A DNA stretch of 62,096 nt, filler included, from a bacterium (GTDB taxonomy: Bacteria > JALSQH01): NCBI GenBank assembly GCA_027004335.1. It is 9 parts of 9 records of this genome, joined end to end, with 100 filler letters (N's around TTAATTAATTAA, not from the genome) between each part and the next. Parts side by side here need not be neighbours in the genome. Positions count along the whole stretch, not along the records: positions 1 to 15,575 come from JALTID010000010.1; 8 more parts are not named here. One strand, written 5' to 3'. Below, piece after piece: positions 1-9,764 of the stretch. The notes beneath the pieces were generated by a model. It saw only the letters and a program-made list of their open reading frames with translations. It was not told where the DNA came from and did not search any database. A program made the translations under genes and the position numbers. Position 1 is the stretch's first letter. Each line of letters opens with the position of its first letter.

Positions 1-10
1 CTGATTAGGA

Positions 11-1378
11 TTATAAATTGTATTCTTTCACTTTATAAATTAATGCTCTTGTACTTATTCCTAAAAGTTGTGCTGCATGAGTTTTATTGCCCCCTGTTTT
101 AATAAGAGCTTTTTTAATCATCTTCTTCTCTATTTTCCTACAGATTTCCTTCACATTCAATTCTTCATTGAGGTTAATATCGTCTGACGCAGCAGTTTCA
201 GTTCTCAGGTACTCAGGAAGATACTCCTCTCTTATTGTATCATCCCTGCTTAGAAGAACCGCTCTCTCCATAACATTTTCTAATTCTCTGACATTTCCTT
301 TCCATGGATAGTCTAACAGTATTTTCATAGCATTAGCATCTACTTTTCTGATAGCCTTGTCGTATGCACGGTTAAATTTATCAATAAAGAATGAGATAAG
401 GGCTGGAATATCTTCCTTTCTTCCCCTCAGAGGAGGTATTTTTATGTTTACTACATTTAATCTGTAATACAGGTCTTCTCTAAATCTTCCTTCTTTTACC
501 TCTTTTTCCATGTCCCTGTTTGTTGCAGCGATAATCCTCACATCAACTTTAATGGGTTTTACATCTCCAATTCTTCTTATTTCTCCTTCCTGAAGAACCC
601 TCAATAACTTTACCTGCAGCTGCTGTGGAAGCTCTGCAACTTCATCAAGAAAAAGTGTTCCTCTATCTGCTTCTTCAAAAAGTCCTTTTTTGTCATTATC
701 TGCACCTGTAAATGCTCCTCTTATATATCCGAAAAACTCACTCTCCAGCAAAGTTTCAGGAATTGCCCCACAGTTTACTGGAACAAATTTGTGTTTTCTC
801 CTCTGGCTATTCTCATGGATGGCCCTTGCAATGAGTTCCTTACCTGTTCCACTTTCTCCCTCAATAAGCACGGTAGTTTTGTATGGGGCTATTTTTTTTA
901 CGGCTTCCAGAACTTCTTTCATTTTTTTACTTTTTGCAACTATGCTTGAGAAATCAAAGCCTCTGCCAATTTCCTTCTGGAGGAGTCTATTTTTTTCAAG
1001 AAGCTCTTCCCTCTCCAGAGCTCTCACGGCTGCTTTCTGGATTTCTTCTGGTGATAATGGCTTGGAAAGAAAATCGTACGCATTTTTTTTTGCTGCTTCA
1101 ATTAGGGTGGATTCATCACCATACGCTGTAAAAAGAATAACCGTTGGCGGGTTTTCCAGTTTATTTAGTTCTTCAAGAAGGGTCATTCCATCCATCTCTG
1201 GCATTCTAAGATCTGAAAAAACAACTCTAATTAGTGGATCCTCTTTAATCTTATGGAAAGCCTCACTTCCTGTTGATGCTTCTTCTACCTCAAAAATTCC
1301 TATCATTTTTAGGGATCTCTTAAAAAGAATTCTTATGTTTTCTTCATCATCAACAACCAGAATCTTTTTCTCATTCAT
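11..1378 (-). CDS. Sigma54-dependent response regulator (REC-AAA+-Fis HTH; PilR/AtoC/NtrC family)
   Basis: Receiver motifs ILVVDD, DLRMP and KP; Walker A GESGTGKE; GAFTGA loop; LFLDEV; C-terminal GNKTHAAQLLGISTRALIYK helix-turn-helix. Confidence 0.93.
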   Translation of the reverse strand: MNEKKILVVDDEENIRILFKRSLKMIGIFEVEEASTGSEAFHKIKEDPLIRVVFSDLRMPEMDGMTLLEELNKLENPPTVILFTAYGDESTLIEAAKKNAYDFLSKPLSPEEIQKAAVRALEREELLEKNRLLQKEIGRGFDFSSIVAKSKKMKEVLEAVKKIAPYKTTVLIEGESGTGKELIARAIHENSQRRKHKFVPVNCGAIPETLLESEFFGYIRGAFTGADNDKKGLFEEADRGTLFLDEVAELPQQLQVKLLRVLQEGEIRRIGDVKPIKVDVRIIAATNRDMEKEVKEGRFREDLYYRLNVVNIKIPPLRGRKEDIPALISFFIDKFNRAYDKAIRKVDANAMKILLDYPWKGNVRELENVMERAVLLSRDDTIREEYLPEYLRTETAASDDINLNEELNVKEICRKIEKKMIKKALIKTGGNKTHAAQLLGISTRALIYKVKEYNL

Positions 1379-3153
1379 ATTGTTACCCTCAAAACCTCTT
1401 CAATTGTGGTAATTCCTTCAATTACTTTCTTTACCCCTGCAATTTCTAAAGGTTGCATTCTCTTCTTCAGGCCAGCTTTTCTTATGCTCTCTTCCGGGGC
1501 TTTCTGAGCGATAAGTTTTTTAATTTCGTCATCAACTAACAAAATTTCAAAAATAGCTGTTCGTCCAAGGTAGCCTGTATATCTGCACTTACTACATCCT
1601 TTTCCTTTATAAACTTCTACTTTTTCCTGATTTCCAGGGAGCTTGATACCGAGGGGCTTGAGCTCTTCATTGGTTAAGTAGGTTTTTTCCTTACAGTAAG
1701 GACACACTATTCTCACCAATCTCTGAGCTATTACTCCAATTAAAGTAGAAGCAATTAAAAATGGCTCAATTCCAATGTCTACGAGTCTGGTTATTGCTGA
1801 CGGAGCATCATTTGTGTGGAGGGTGCTGAGAACTAAATGCCCCGTGAGAGCAGCCTGAATGGCGTTTCTTGCAGTTTCATAATCTCTTATTTCTCCGACC
1901 ATGATGATATCAGGATCCTGTCTGAGGATGTGTCTCAGAGCTTCGGCAAAGTCCAACCCGATCGCAGGGTTAACATTAATCTGGTTAAACCCTTCGTAAA
2001 CCATTTCAATTGGATCTTCAATTGTTACTATATTCACTCCAGGGTTATCCAGTTTTTTTAATGTTGAGTAGAGAGTTGTAGTTTTACCACTTCCTGTAGG
2101 ACCTGTTACAAGAATTATTCCATGGGTATGCTTTATAAAACTTTCAAAGGTTTTTAGATCTGTTCCTGAGAACCCGATATCCTTAAGTTCCTTGAACATA
2201 TATTCCGGGTCTAAAAGCCTCATAACGATCTTTTCTCCAAATGCTACCGGCATTGTAGAGATTCTAATCTCCACCTCTCTTTCTTTGTATTGGATTTTTA
2301 GTCGCCCATCCTGTGGTTTTCTCTTCTCTGCGATATTGAGTTTTGAAATTGCCTTTATACGGGCAGTCATTGCATTATGAACCACCTTTGGTATTCTGTA
2401 AACATCATGCAGTATGCCGTCTATTCTGAATCTTATAAGTCCCATCTCTCTCTTAGGTTCAAGGTGAATATCGCTTGCCCTCTGATCCAGTGCATATCTA
2501 AGCATATAATCCACGGCATTTACAATGTAGGTGTCTGTAGCTTCAAGTTCTTTATCTGCCCTCATTTTCACATACTGTTCCAAGTTACCAAAATCAAAAC
2601 CTGACGAGAGTGAAGTTTTAGCTTTTTCAACGGAGGAGCTGAAACCAAAAAGATCTCTCACAATTTTGTCTATATCTTTTCGTGGAGTTAAAATTATTTT
2701 GACTTTTTTCTTACTTGTTCCAGAGAGTGTTGAGATCGCTTCAAGATTAAATGGATTTGAAGTAGCAACTATCAGGGTATCATCTTCCATTCTTACTGGA
2801 ATGATATTGTTTTTTCTAGCAAAGGGTCTTGTTACAAATTTTGATGAAAAATTTACATCAATTTTTACAGGATCAATTTTTTCATATTCAAGTCCTAATT
2901 TCTCAGCAACAATTTTTAGTATATCTTCTTCAGTTAGTTTTTTACCAGTTTTGGGATTATTAAATCCCATTCGTGCAATAACTTCCCATGGAAGAGGAAT
3001 TCCACCTTCTCCCTCTGTTTTAATCTCCTTTTTTATCTTGGCTTCAGCGGTGGGATATAGTACTTCAATTCGCCTTATATCTTCTTCTGCAATAATACCT
3101 TTTTCATATAAAAGTCTTAGTAGCTGATTGTAACTTAAAAATTCCTGATGCAT
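1375..3153 (-). CDS. GspE/PilB-family type II secretion / type IV pilus assembly ATPase
   Basis: ASDIHLEP, Walker A GPTGSGKTT, TIEDPIE, LRQDPDIIMVGEIRD, His box TGHLVLSTLHTN, tetracysteine CPYC/CSKC. ATG at 3153 preferred (alternative TTG at 3159); stop overlaps the regulator start. Confidence 0.93.
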   Translation of the reverse strand: MHQEFLSYNQLLRLLYEKGIIAEEDIRRIEVLYPTAEAKIKKEIKTEGEGGIPLPWEVIARMGFNNPKTGKKLTEEDILKIVAEKLGLEYEKIDPVKIDVNFSSKFVTRPFARKNNIIPVRMEDDTLIVATSNPFNLEAISTLSGTSKKKVKIILTPRKDIDKIVRDLFGFSSSVEKAKTSLSSGFDFGNLEQYVKMRADKELEATDTYIVNAVDYMLRYALDQRASDIHLEPKREMGLIRFRIDGILHDVYRIPKVVHNAMTARIKAISKLNIAEKRKPQDGRLKIQYKEREVEIRISTMPVAFGEKIVMRLLDPEYMFKELKDIGFSGTDLKTFESFIKHTHGIILVTGPTGSGKTTTLYSTLKKLDNPGVNIVTIEDPIEMVYEGFNQINVNPAIGLDFAEALRHILRQDPDIIMVGEIRDYETARNAIQAALTGHLVLSTLHTNDAPSAITRLVDIGIEPFLIASTLIGVIAQRLVRIVCPYCKEKTYLTNEELKPLGIKLPGNQEKVEVYKGKGCSKCRYTGYLGRTAIFEILLVDDEIKKLIAQKAPEESIRKAGLKKRMQPLEIAGVKKVIEGITTIEEVLRVTI

Positions 3154-3230
3154 CTTCAAAGATTATCATAGCTTATATTAGCCTTTTTATCAACATTGTG
3201 CTATATTTTTAAAAAAGATTGGAGGATCAT

Positions 3231-6047
3231 GTGAAGAGAAAGTTTCTCTTATATGTTCTTCTTTTATCATTTTTTATTCTGATATCCTATGGTTGCTCTG
3301 GCGGAGGGAAGGAGACTGCCCAGAAATTTTCCACTTATATTAATTTTATCCCAAGAGGAGAATACCCAAGACCAGATTTTGAGCGGGAGAACTGGATTAA
3401 TTTGAATGGGGAATGGAGATTCAGGTTTGATCCTTTTAATGAAGGGATGAATAATCACTGGTACCTCAAGCTTTCTCTTTTTACAGATAAAATAATTGTA
3501 CCTTTTCCGTGGCAGAGTTCTCTTTCAGGTATAGGAGATGTTCCTGAAGACTACGAGGATTACCCGGTTACCATTTTACCCAGGTATCAAAAACATAGGA
3601 TAGGATGGTATATGAGAACCTTTTACACTCCACCATGGGTTGAGGAAGGAAAAAGAGTTTTTCTCAATTTTGGAGCAGTTGACTGGCGTGCCGATGTTTG
3701 GATAAATGGTTTTTATGTTGGCAAACATGAAGGTGGTTATACACCGTTTTCTTTTGATATAACTGATTATCTTTTGCCTACTGGATTCAGGAATGTAGTT
3801 GTGGTGAGAGCTTATGATCCTGGTAATAGTGACGATGATCTAATTCCCATTGGTAAGCAGGGGGATATGTGGTATACACCTGTGAGTGGAATATGGCAAA
3901 CAGTTTATCTTGATGAGAGAGGTAAGGTTTATTTTGAGAATTACAGGGTCAAAACTGATCCTGACTCTGGAACAATTTTTATTAAGTTTGATATAGATAA
4001 TGAAGCTGATGGAGGAAGTTATTTGTTTTTCATTGATGTTTATGATAACTCAGGTGAACTTTATAAGAAACTTTTTACCATTTATCTGGATAAGGGTGAG
4101 AATGAGATCCCGTTAAGTTTTACCCTTGGAGGGTTTCAGTTATGGGAACCAGATAATCCGCATCTTTATCGTTTTAATACTAAATTGGAGGATGAAAGGG
4201 GCGTTGAGGATAGCTTTACCGGGTATTTTGGCATTAGAAAAATTGAGATAAAGTGGGCTCCAGGCCATTCTCCTCAGGATAACTCAGAATTGGTGGATCA
4301 ATATAAATATATTTATCTTAATGGGAAGCCACTCTTCATAAGAGGAGTTCTTGATCAGGGTTACAATCCATGGGGCCTTTATACCTATCCCAATGTTGCA
4401 ACTATGGAAAGTGAAATTAACTACATAAAATCTCTTGGCTTCAATGCGATAAGAATCCATATTAAAGGTCCTGACCCGTACAAGCTATATTTAGCCGATA
4501 AATTAGGACTTCTTGTTATATATGATATGCCCTCTTTGAAAATGTTTGCTGATGGTGAAGATCCAGTTGGCAGGGCAAATTATCTTTCAACAGCCAAAGG
4601 ACTTATTGAGAGAGACTGGAACCATCCTTCTATATTATGGTGGGTTATGTTCAATGAGGACTGGGGATTGCTTGAACCTCAGAGGCTAAAGTTTAATAGT
4701 GACCTTCAAAACTGGGTTAAAGAAGTTGTAAATACAGCCAAAAGCCTTGATCCTACCAGGCCTGTAGAGGATAACTCTGCAGGGGGGCTTGGTGCATATG
4801 ATCATCTATATACGGACATTCAGAGCTGGCATTTTTATATTAGAAGTTATGATCTCCTTATGGAGCATCTTAACTGGATTAGTGATAACACCTTCCCTGG
4901 TAGTACTGAAATATGGGTTCCAAATTATGTGCAGGATGGTCAGCCGTTGATAAATAGTGAATTTGGTGGCATAGATGTCTATGGCGGAAATCGGGATATT
5001 TCGTGGTACCTGCATTGGGAGATAAATGCTATGAGACTATTTCCCAAGATCCAGGGGTATGTTTTCACTGAGTTAAAAGATGTGGAGTTTGAACATAATG
5101 GACTTTTAAAATACGATGGCAGGGCTAAGATTCTTGGTTATGAAGAATTTGATGTAGATACCTCTCAAATTATTGGAGATAGGTTCATAGCAATAGATTC
5201 TCCTCCTGTTATAAAAGGTTATTCTGGTGAAATTACTTATGTACCTGTTTATTATTCAAATTTCTCTTCCAGCTCAGGAGGTTACTCTCTGAAATATACA
5301 ATTGTGGGCTGGAATGGAAATGGTGTAAAGATACTCACAGGTTCTTCTACAGGCATCAGGTTTAATGCCAAACCTTACGAAACTGTATTTATTGGGAAAG
5401 TAGAGGTGCTTTTTCCAGATTACAGATTTGCTGGAGCCTTGCTGTTCAATGTTGTTGACAGTAATGGAAACTATGTGGCAGGGAATTATGTAAATTTTTT
5501 TACGGATGCTCCAGATACATGTAACAATCAATTGTGTGCTATAGAAACTTCTCCAGCGGATTTCAGTGATGCTTCATGGAGTAGAAATTATGAAGCGGAT
5601 AAAAATTTCTTCTGGGGAAAAGGAAGTGGGTATGTAACCTACAAACTACCTCTAACCTATTCTGCAGATAAGATTAGTAGGATTGTTATATTATTGGAGG
5701 TTTCTTCTGGGGGAAATTCTCTTGCTAATAGAGAAACATCTCCTGAAACGCTCTGGAGTAATATCAAGATCTTAATTAATGGGGAAGAAAATAGTAGTGT
5801 GAAAGCAGGTGAATATGCTGACGCGAGGGGATTTTTATCCTATCTGAATTATCCGGAATTAGCTGGCTCCTACGGAAAAATGATAAGAGTCACTATCTCA
5901 GATCCCCGTGAAATAGAAAGACTCTCTGCGAACGGTTACATTACCATCACGATAAGAACCTCTGATGACAATGGAATTAAAATTTTTGGAAAAGATGTAG
6001 GTGAATACCCATGGGGTATTAAGGAAGTAATATATTTTAAACAATAA
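3231..6047 (+). CDS. Glycoside hydrolase family 2 lipoprotein (beta-galactosidase/glucuronidase-like)
   Basis: Lipobox SYGC; YPRPDF...WINLNGEW; LNFGAVDW; HEGGYTPF; SGIWQTV; NHPSI..W..FNEDWG; SEFGG. GTG at 3231 follows GGAGG. Confidence 0.88.
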   Translation: MKRKFLLYVLLLSFFILISYGCSGGGKETAQKFSTYINFIPRGEYPRPDFERENWINLNGEWRFRFDPFNEGMNNHWYLKLSLFTDKIIVPFPWQSSLSGIGDVPEDYEDYPVTILPRYQKHRIGWYMRTFYTPPWVEEGKRVFLNFGAVDWRADVWINGFYVGKHEGGYTPFSFDITDYLLPTGFRNVVVVRAYDPGNSDDDLIPIGKQGDMWYTPVSGIWQTVYLDERGKVYFENYRVKTDPDSGTIFIKFDIDNEADGGSYLFFIDVYDNSGELYKKLFTIYLDKGENEIPLSFTLGGFQLWEPDNPHLYRFNTKLEDERGVEDSFTGYFGIRKIEIKWAPGHSPQDNSELVDQYKYIYLNGKPLFIRGVLDQGYNPWGLYTYPNVATMESEINYIKSLGFNAIRIHIKGPDPYKLYLADKLGLLVIYDMPSLKMFADGEDPVGRANYLSTAKGLIERDWNHPSILWWVMFNEDWGLLEPQRLKFNSDLQNWVKEVVNTAKSLDPTRPVEDNSAGGLGAYDHLYTDIQSWHFYIRSYDLLMEHLNWISDNTFPGSTEIWVPNYVQDGQPLINSEFGGIDVYGGNRDISWYLHWEINAMRLFPKIQGYVFTELKDVEFEHNGLLKYDGRAKILGYEEFDVDTSQIIGDRFIAIDSPPVIKGYSGEITYVPVYYSNFSSSSGGYSLKYTIVGWNGNGVKILTGSSTGIRFNAKPYETVFIGKVEVLFPDYRFAGALLFNVVDSNGNYVAGNYVNFFTDAPDTCNNQLCAIETSPADFSDASWSRNYEADKNFFWGKGSGYVTYKLPLTYSADKISRIVILLEVSSGGNSLANRETSPETLWSNIKILINGEENSSVKAGEYADARGFLSYLNYPELAGSYGKMIRVTISDPREIERLSANGYITITIRTSDDNGIKIFGKDVGEYPWGIKEVIYFKQ

Positions 6048-6086
6048 TTTTGAGATAAAGAACAATTTTGTTATAATTTGCAAAAT

Positions 6087-6866
6087 ATGAAGAAAGTTTT
6101 TGTTCTTTTTTTAATTTTTACTGCTTCATCGTTCTTGTATCCTGAGAATATTCCTCTTTTTCTTCAAAAGGCTGTAGAGAATTTTAAGAAGATAAAATCT
6201 GTAAGAGCCGAAGTGGATCAGAAAGTGATTATTAGGGGAAGGGAATTTTATTATTCTGGTAATTATGTTGCTTCATTTCCTGGCATTTTTAAAGTAACTT
6301 ATTTTTACCCACAAAAGCAGATAATCTGGCTGGGAAAAGATGGAGTTTTTAACTGGTATATTCCTTCTAAAAATCTGCTTTATTATGTTCTGGATTTTGT
6401 AAAATTTAATGAGGGTACTCCTTCAAGAATCAATGGAGTAGTTCCTTCTTTGCCCTCTCTCCAGAGATTTTCTCCTTCGGGGGATACTTATAAGATTGCA
6501 GAAGCTTCAAAGAGATTTATCGGATTTCTCCACAGGGTTAATTATATAAGGCTTGAACCTCGGGGAAGATACTCAAGTTTCCCGGGGGTAGAATTATACA
6601 TCACAACGGGGGAATTTTTGCCATTAAGAATAATTATGACCAAAAATGGTAAGGTGATAGGTTCACAGTTTTTTAAAAAGTATAAAAAGGTGAATGGAGT
6701 TTTTTTCCCTTTTTTTGTAAGAGTTGAAGTAAAAAAAATAAATCTCGTAACTGAGACGAGTTACATGAATGTAGAAATTAATCCAGCTCTAAAAAAGGTA
6801 GATTTTAAGGTGTATCTGCCCGATGGAGTGGTGAGGAAAAACCTGATTTCTGCAGGAGTGAGATAA
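6087..6866 (+). CDS. Exported LolA-like / outer-membrane lipoprotein-sorting fold protein
   Basis: Signal peptide; KIKSVRAEVDQKV...SG...PG.FKVTY pattern; ends with the LolA-like NVEINPAL...F...LP.GV. Confidence 0.6.
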   Translation: MKKVFVLFLIFTASSFLYPENIPLFLQKAVENFKKIKSVRAEVDQKVIIRGREFYYSGNYVASFPGIFKVTYFYPQKQIIWLGKDGVFNWYIPSKNLLYYVLDFVKFNEGTPSRINGVVPSLPSLQRFSPSGDTYKIAEASKRFIGFLHRVNYIRLEPRGRYSSFPGVELYITTGEFLPLRIIMTKNGKVIGSQFFKKYKKVNGVFFPFFVRVEVKKINLVTETSYMNVEINPALKKVDFKVYLPDGVVRKNLISAGVR

Positions 6867-6883
6867 AAATTTGAGGTTAACAC

Positions 6884-6911
6884 TTGACAATTAAAGGGTA
6901 TTTTATATACT
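6884..6911 (+). promoter_or_regulatory. Sigma70-type promoter of the ihf-lpxC unit
   Basis: TTGACA (6884-6889), 16-nt spacer, TATACT (6906-6911). Confidence 0.6.
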
Positions 6912-6944
6912 TTTACATCAAAAGGAAATAGGAGGTATCTGGGT

Positions 6945-7232
6945 ATGAAAAAATCCGAGCTTGTAAAAATTCTTGCAGAGAAAAGTGGGTTGAATAGCAA
7001 ATTAGCAGCAAGGGTCGTTGACACATTTTTTGGCTCTATTAAAGAGGCTTTGAAAAACGGTGACAGAGTAGAGATAAGGGGTTTTGGTAGCTTTGAAATA
7101 AGAGAGTATGGTTCTTATGTGGGCATTAATCCCAAAACGAGGAAAAAGATTCAGGTCCCTCCAAAGAAGTTACCCTTTTTTAAAGCGGGAAAAGAGCTAA
7201 GAGAAAGAGTGGACAAAGGGAAGGAAAAGTGA
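6945..7232 (+). CDS. ihfB: Integration host factor subunit beta / HU-family DNA-binding protein
   Basis: MKKSEL...GDRVEIRGFGSF...G.NPKT...VP.KK.PFFKAGKELRERV; SD AGGAGG. Confidence 0.85.
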   Translation: MKKSELVKILAEKSGLNSKLAARVVDTFFGSIKEALKNGDRVEIRGFGSFEIREYGSYVGINPKTRKKIQVPPKKLPFFKAGKELRERVDKGKEK

Positions 7233-7242
7233 GGGGTTAATC

Positions 7243-8163
7243 TTGCTTAAACAGAGAACTGTCAGAGAAGAGACAAGTATTTTAGGGAAGGGTCTACATT
7301 CTGGAAACAGAGTCAGTATGAATATTAAACCTGCTCCACCAAACAGTGGAATAACTTTTGTCAGAAATGATCTTTCTGGTAAGCCGAAAATAAAGGTTGA
7401 TGTGGATAATATTGGAGATGGTTTTCTTGCCACTACTCTCAATGTGGGAAGAATTCAGGTCAAGACAGTGGAACATTTTCTTTCTGCATTGTATGCTCTG
7501 GGTGTGGATAATCTGATTGTAGAACTTGATTCTCCTGAAGTTCCTATAATGGATGGAAGTGCAAGACCTTTCATCTATCTTCTCAGGAGGGATGTGGGAA
7601 TAAAGGAGCAGAAAGCTGCCAAGAAATTTATAAAAATCACAAAGAGAGTGGAAGTTTCTGATGATGATAAGTATCTGAGAGTTGAACCTGTTGATGCCCC
7701 AAGGTTGTTGATTGATTTTACAATTTTCTTTCCCCACAGAGTGATTGGAATACAGAATTATCTTTTTGAGTTTTCCACCAGAAGATATATTGAGGAAATC
7801 AGTAAGGCTCGAACTTTTGTTGCAGAATCTGAGGTAAAAAGATTGTGGAAAAAAGGATACGCATTAGGTGGTTCCCTTGATAATGCTGTGGTGGTAGGAG
7901 ATTTTGGAATTCTCAATAAGGATGATCTAAGATACGAAAATGAGTTTGTGAGGCATAAGATTCTGGATATTATCGGTGATCTTTACCTTCTTGGTTCCCC
8001 TGTATTCGGGAAAGTTGTTGCTTATAAATCTGGCCATACCCTTAACCACATGCTGGTAAAGAAAGTTGTTCAGGAAAAAGCTTATGAGATTGTGACTCTT
8101 CCTCTGGAAAAGGGAGAGAAGATATTCAATTTTAAACTTGAGCCTGCTTTTTTTACTGACTAA
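7243..8163 (+). CDS. lpxC: UDP-3-O-acyl-N-acetylglucosamine deacetylase
   Basis: QRT...GKGLHSG, TVEHFLSAL, EVPIMDGSA, SKARTF, GGSLDNAVV, EFVRHKILDIIGDL, KSGH. Confidence 0.96.
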   Translation: MLKQRTVREETSILGKGLHSGNRVSMNIKPAPPNSGITFVRNDLSGKPKIKVDVDNIGDGFLATTLNVGRIQVKTVEHFLSALYALGVDNLIVELDSPEVPIMDGSARPFIYLLRRDVGIKEQKAAKKFIKITKRVEVSDDDKYLRVEPVDAPRLLIDFTIFFPHRVIGIQNYLFEFSTRRYIEEISKARTFVAESEVKRLWKKGYALGGSLDNAVVVGDFGILNKDDLRYENEFVRHKILDIIGDLYLLGSPVFGKVVAYKSGHTLNHMLVKKVVQEKAYEIVTLPLEKGEKIFNFKLEPAFFTD

Positions 8164-9062
8164 TCTTCTGGTGGCTGATATATCCCGGGTTTTTCTTCAA
8201 TTACTTCTTTCAATATGCGAGCAAGTTTTTCTTCCTGACCCACAGACATCAGGTGAACACCATCTCCAAATTCTGCCACGGAGTAGATAAGGTCTTTGAC
8301 TATTTTTATTCCCTCTTCTGCTGGGTCGTATGATCTATCCAGAATTTCAATTAGATGATCAGGAACTCTTACCCCTGGGACCTTTGCATTAAGGAATCTT
8401 GCCATCTTTGCAGATTTCAGAAGTAGTATCCCTGCGAGGATGTATGTATTCATTTTTTTCGCTTCCTTATAAAATTTATGGAAAATATCAACATCGTATA
8501 CAGCCTGTGTCTGGATAAACTGAACTCCTGCTTTCACTTTTTTTTCCAGCCTGAGAAGCTGCAGTTCCATATTGGCCGAGCATGGGTTGATGACTCCTCC
8601 TATGAAATAATCTGTCTTCCCGTCCAGAGGATGATCATTAAAATCATGTCCCTCATTCAATTTTTTTATGGTTGAGATAAGAGTGAATGAGTCAAGATCA
8701 AAAACTGGCTTTGCCTGTGGATGATCCCCTGATGAGATATGGTCACCTGTGAGGGCAAGAACATTTCTTATTCCCAGTGCATATGCTCCAAGAAGTTCGG
8801 ACTGCAGGGCAAGACGGTTTCTGTCTCTACAGGTTAGCTGCATAATTGGTTCAACCCCCCCCTGAAGTAGAATAGATGCTGAAGCCACAGGACTCATTTT
8901 TACAATGGCTCGCTGGTTATCGGTAAGATTAACAGCTACTGCTTTGCCTCTGTAAAGATTTGCACTGCGCTTTAATTTCTCACTGCTTGTCCCCTTTGGA
9001 GGACCTGCCTCTGCAGTGATTACAAATTTTCCACCCTTCAGATAATCTTTCAACAAGCTCAT
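8160..9062 (-). CDS. metF: Methylenetetrahydrofolate reductase, MetF subunit
   Basis: NLTDN, QLTCRDRNRLALQSELLGA, ALTGD, KVKAGVQFIQTQ, GVHLM; directly downstream of metV. Confidence 0.92.
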   Translation of the reverse strand: MSLLKDYLKGGKFVITAEAGPPKGTSSEKLKRSANLYRGKAVAVNLTDNQRAIVKMSPVASASILLQGGVEPIMQLTCRDRNRLALQSELLGAYALGIRNVLALTGDHISSGDHPQAKPVFDLDSFTLISTIKKLNEGHDFNDHPLDGKTDYFIGGVINPCSANMELQLLRLEKKVKAGVQFIQTQAVYDVDIFHKFYKEAKKMNTYILAGILLLKSAKMARFLNAKVPGVRVPDHLIEILDRSYDPAEEGIKIVKDLIYSVAEFGDGVHLMSVGQEEKLARILKEVIEEKPGIYQPPED

Positions 9063-9716
9063 TTATAGCCCCTTTAAAAAGAGTTTAGAAGGTTTGGATG
9101 ATTTTGAAAAATCTCTTGGTTCTCTCAACTTGGTGAAATTTGCAAGTTGCCCTCTCTCTTTTAGCTTTTCATAGATTTCCACCCACACGCATTTCATCTC
9201 TGGATTTACTTCACAATTGCCGTTTTCCAGAACTCCTCCGCATGGTCCGTTCAAAAGACCCTTTGGACACCTTGTTACAGGGCAGATCCCCGCTGTTTCG
9301 TTTAGTATGCAATGACCACACATTGAGCAATATTCAGTGAATCTACCATATCTCTGAATTGTCCCGAGGAAAAGGGTATCAACAGCGGTAAATACAGGTA
9401 TATCTGTGGCACTGGCTACTGCCTGAACCCCTGCGCCGCATGCCATAACGAGTATTGCCTCTGTGTCTTTAATTTCTTCTTTATGAATTCTTAATTCTTT
9501 CTTCACAAGGGGAATATGGCAAGTTTCTTTTGGGACAACCCAGCCGGTAATTTTCTTTCCCGATTTTTCAAGCTGTTTTTTCATCTCCATTACTTCTTTT
9601 TCCCCGCCAGCATGAGCCGCTGTGGCACATTCTCCACATCCCATCAGAAAGATATTTTCATACATGGAAAGTACTTCGATAATTTCTTCGAAGGGCTTCA
9701 ATTTGCTAACTATCAT
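9063..9716 (-). CDS. metV: MetV, Fe-S/Zn small subunit of methylene-THF reductase (MTHFR C-terminal domain protein)
   Basis: GCGECAT, MACGAGVQ, CSMCGHC...CPVTRCPKGLLNGPCGG...CE...CVW; adjacent to metF. Confidence 0.88.
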   Translation of the reverse strand: MIVSKLKPFEEIIEVLSMYENIFLMGCGECATAAHAGGEKEVMEMKKQLEKSGKKITGWVVPKETCHIPLVKKELRIHKEEIKDTEAILVMACGAGVQAVASATDIPVFTAVDTLFLGTIQRYGRFTEYCSMCGHCILNETAGICPVTRCPKGLLNGPCGGVLENGNCEVNPEMKCVWVEIYEKLKERGQLANFTKLREPRDFSKSSKPSKLFLKGL

Positions 9717-9764
9717 GATTAAAATAATTTACCAGAATGGGGGAAAATTATCAATTAAACAGAA

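Noticed and set aside
690-3127. Long antisense ORFs (690-1412, 2531-3127) and similar shadows elsewhere (19044-19643, 38853-39350, 44667-45113, 50680-51174)
   Set aside because: They lie opposite well-supported genes, are Ser/Phe/Ile-rich as expected for reverse frames of AT-rich genes, and show no motifs.
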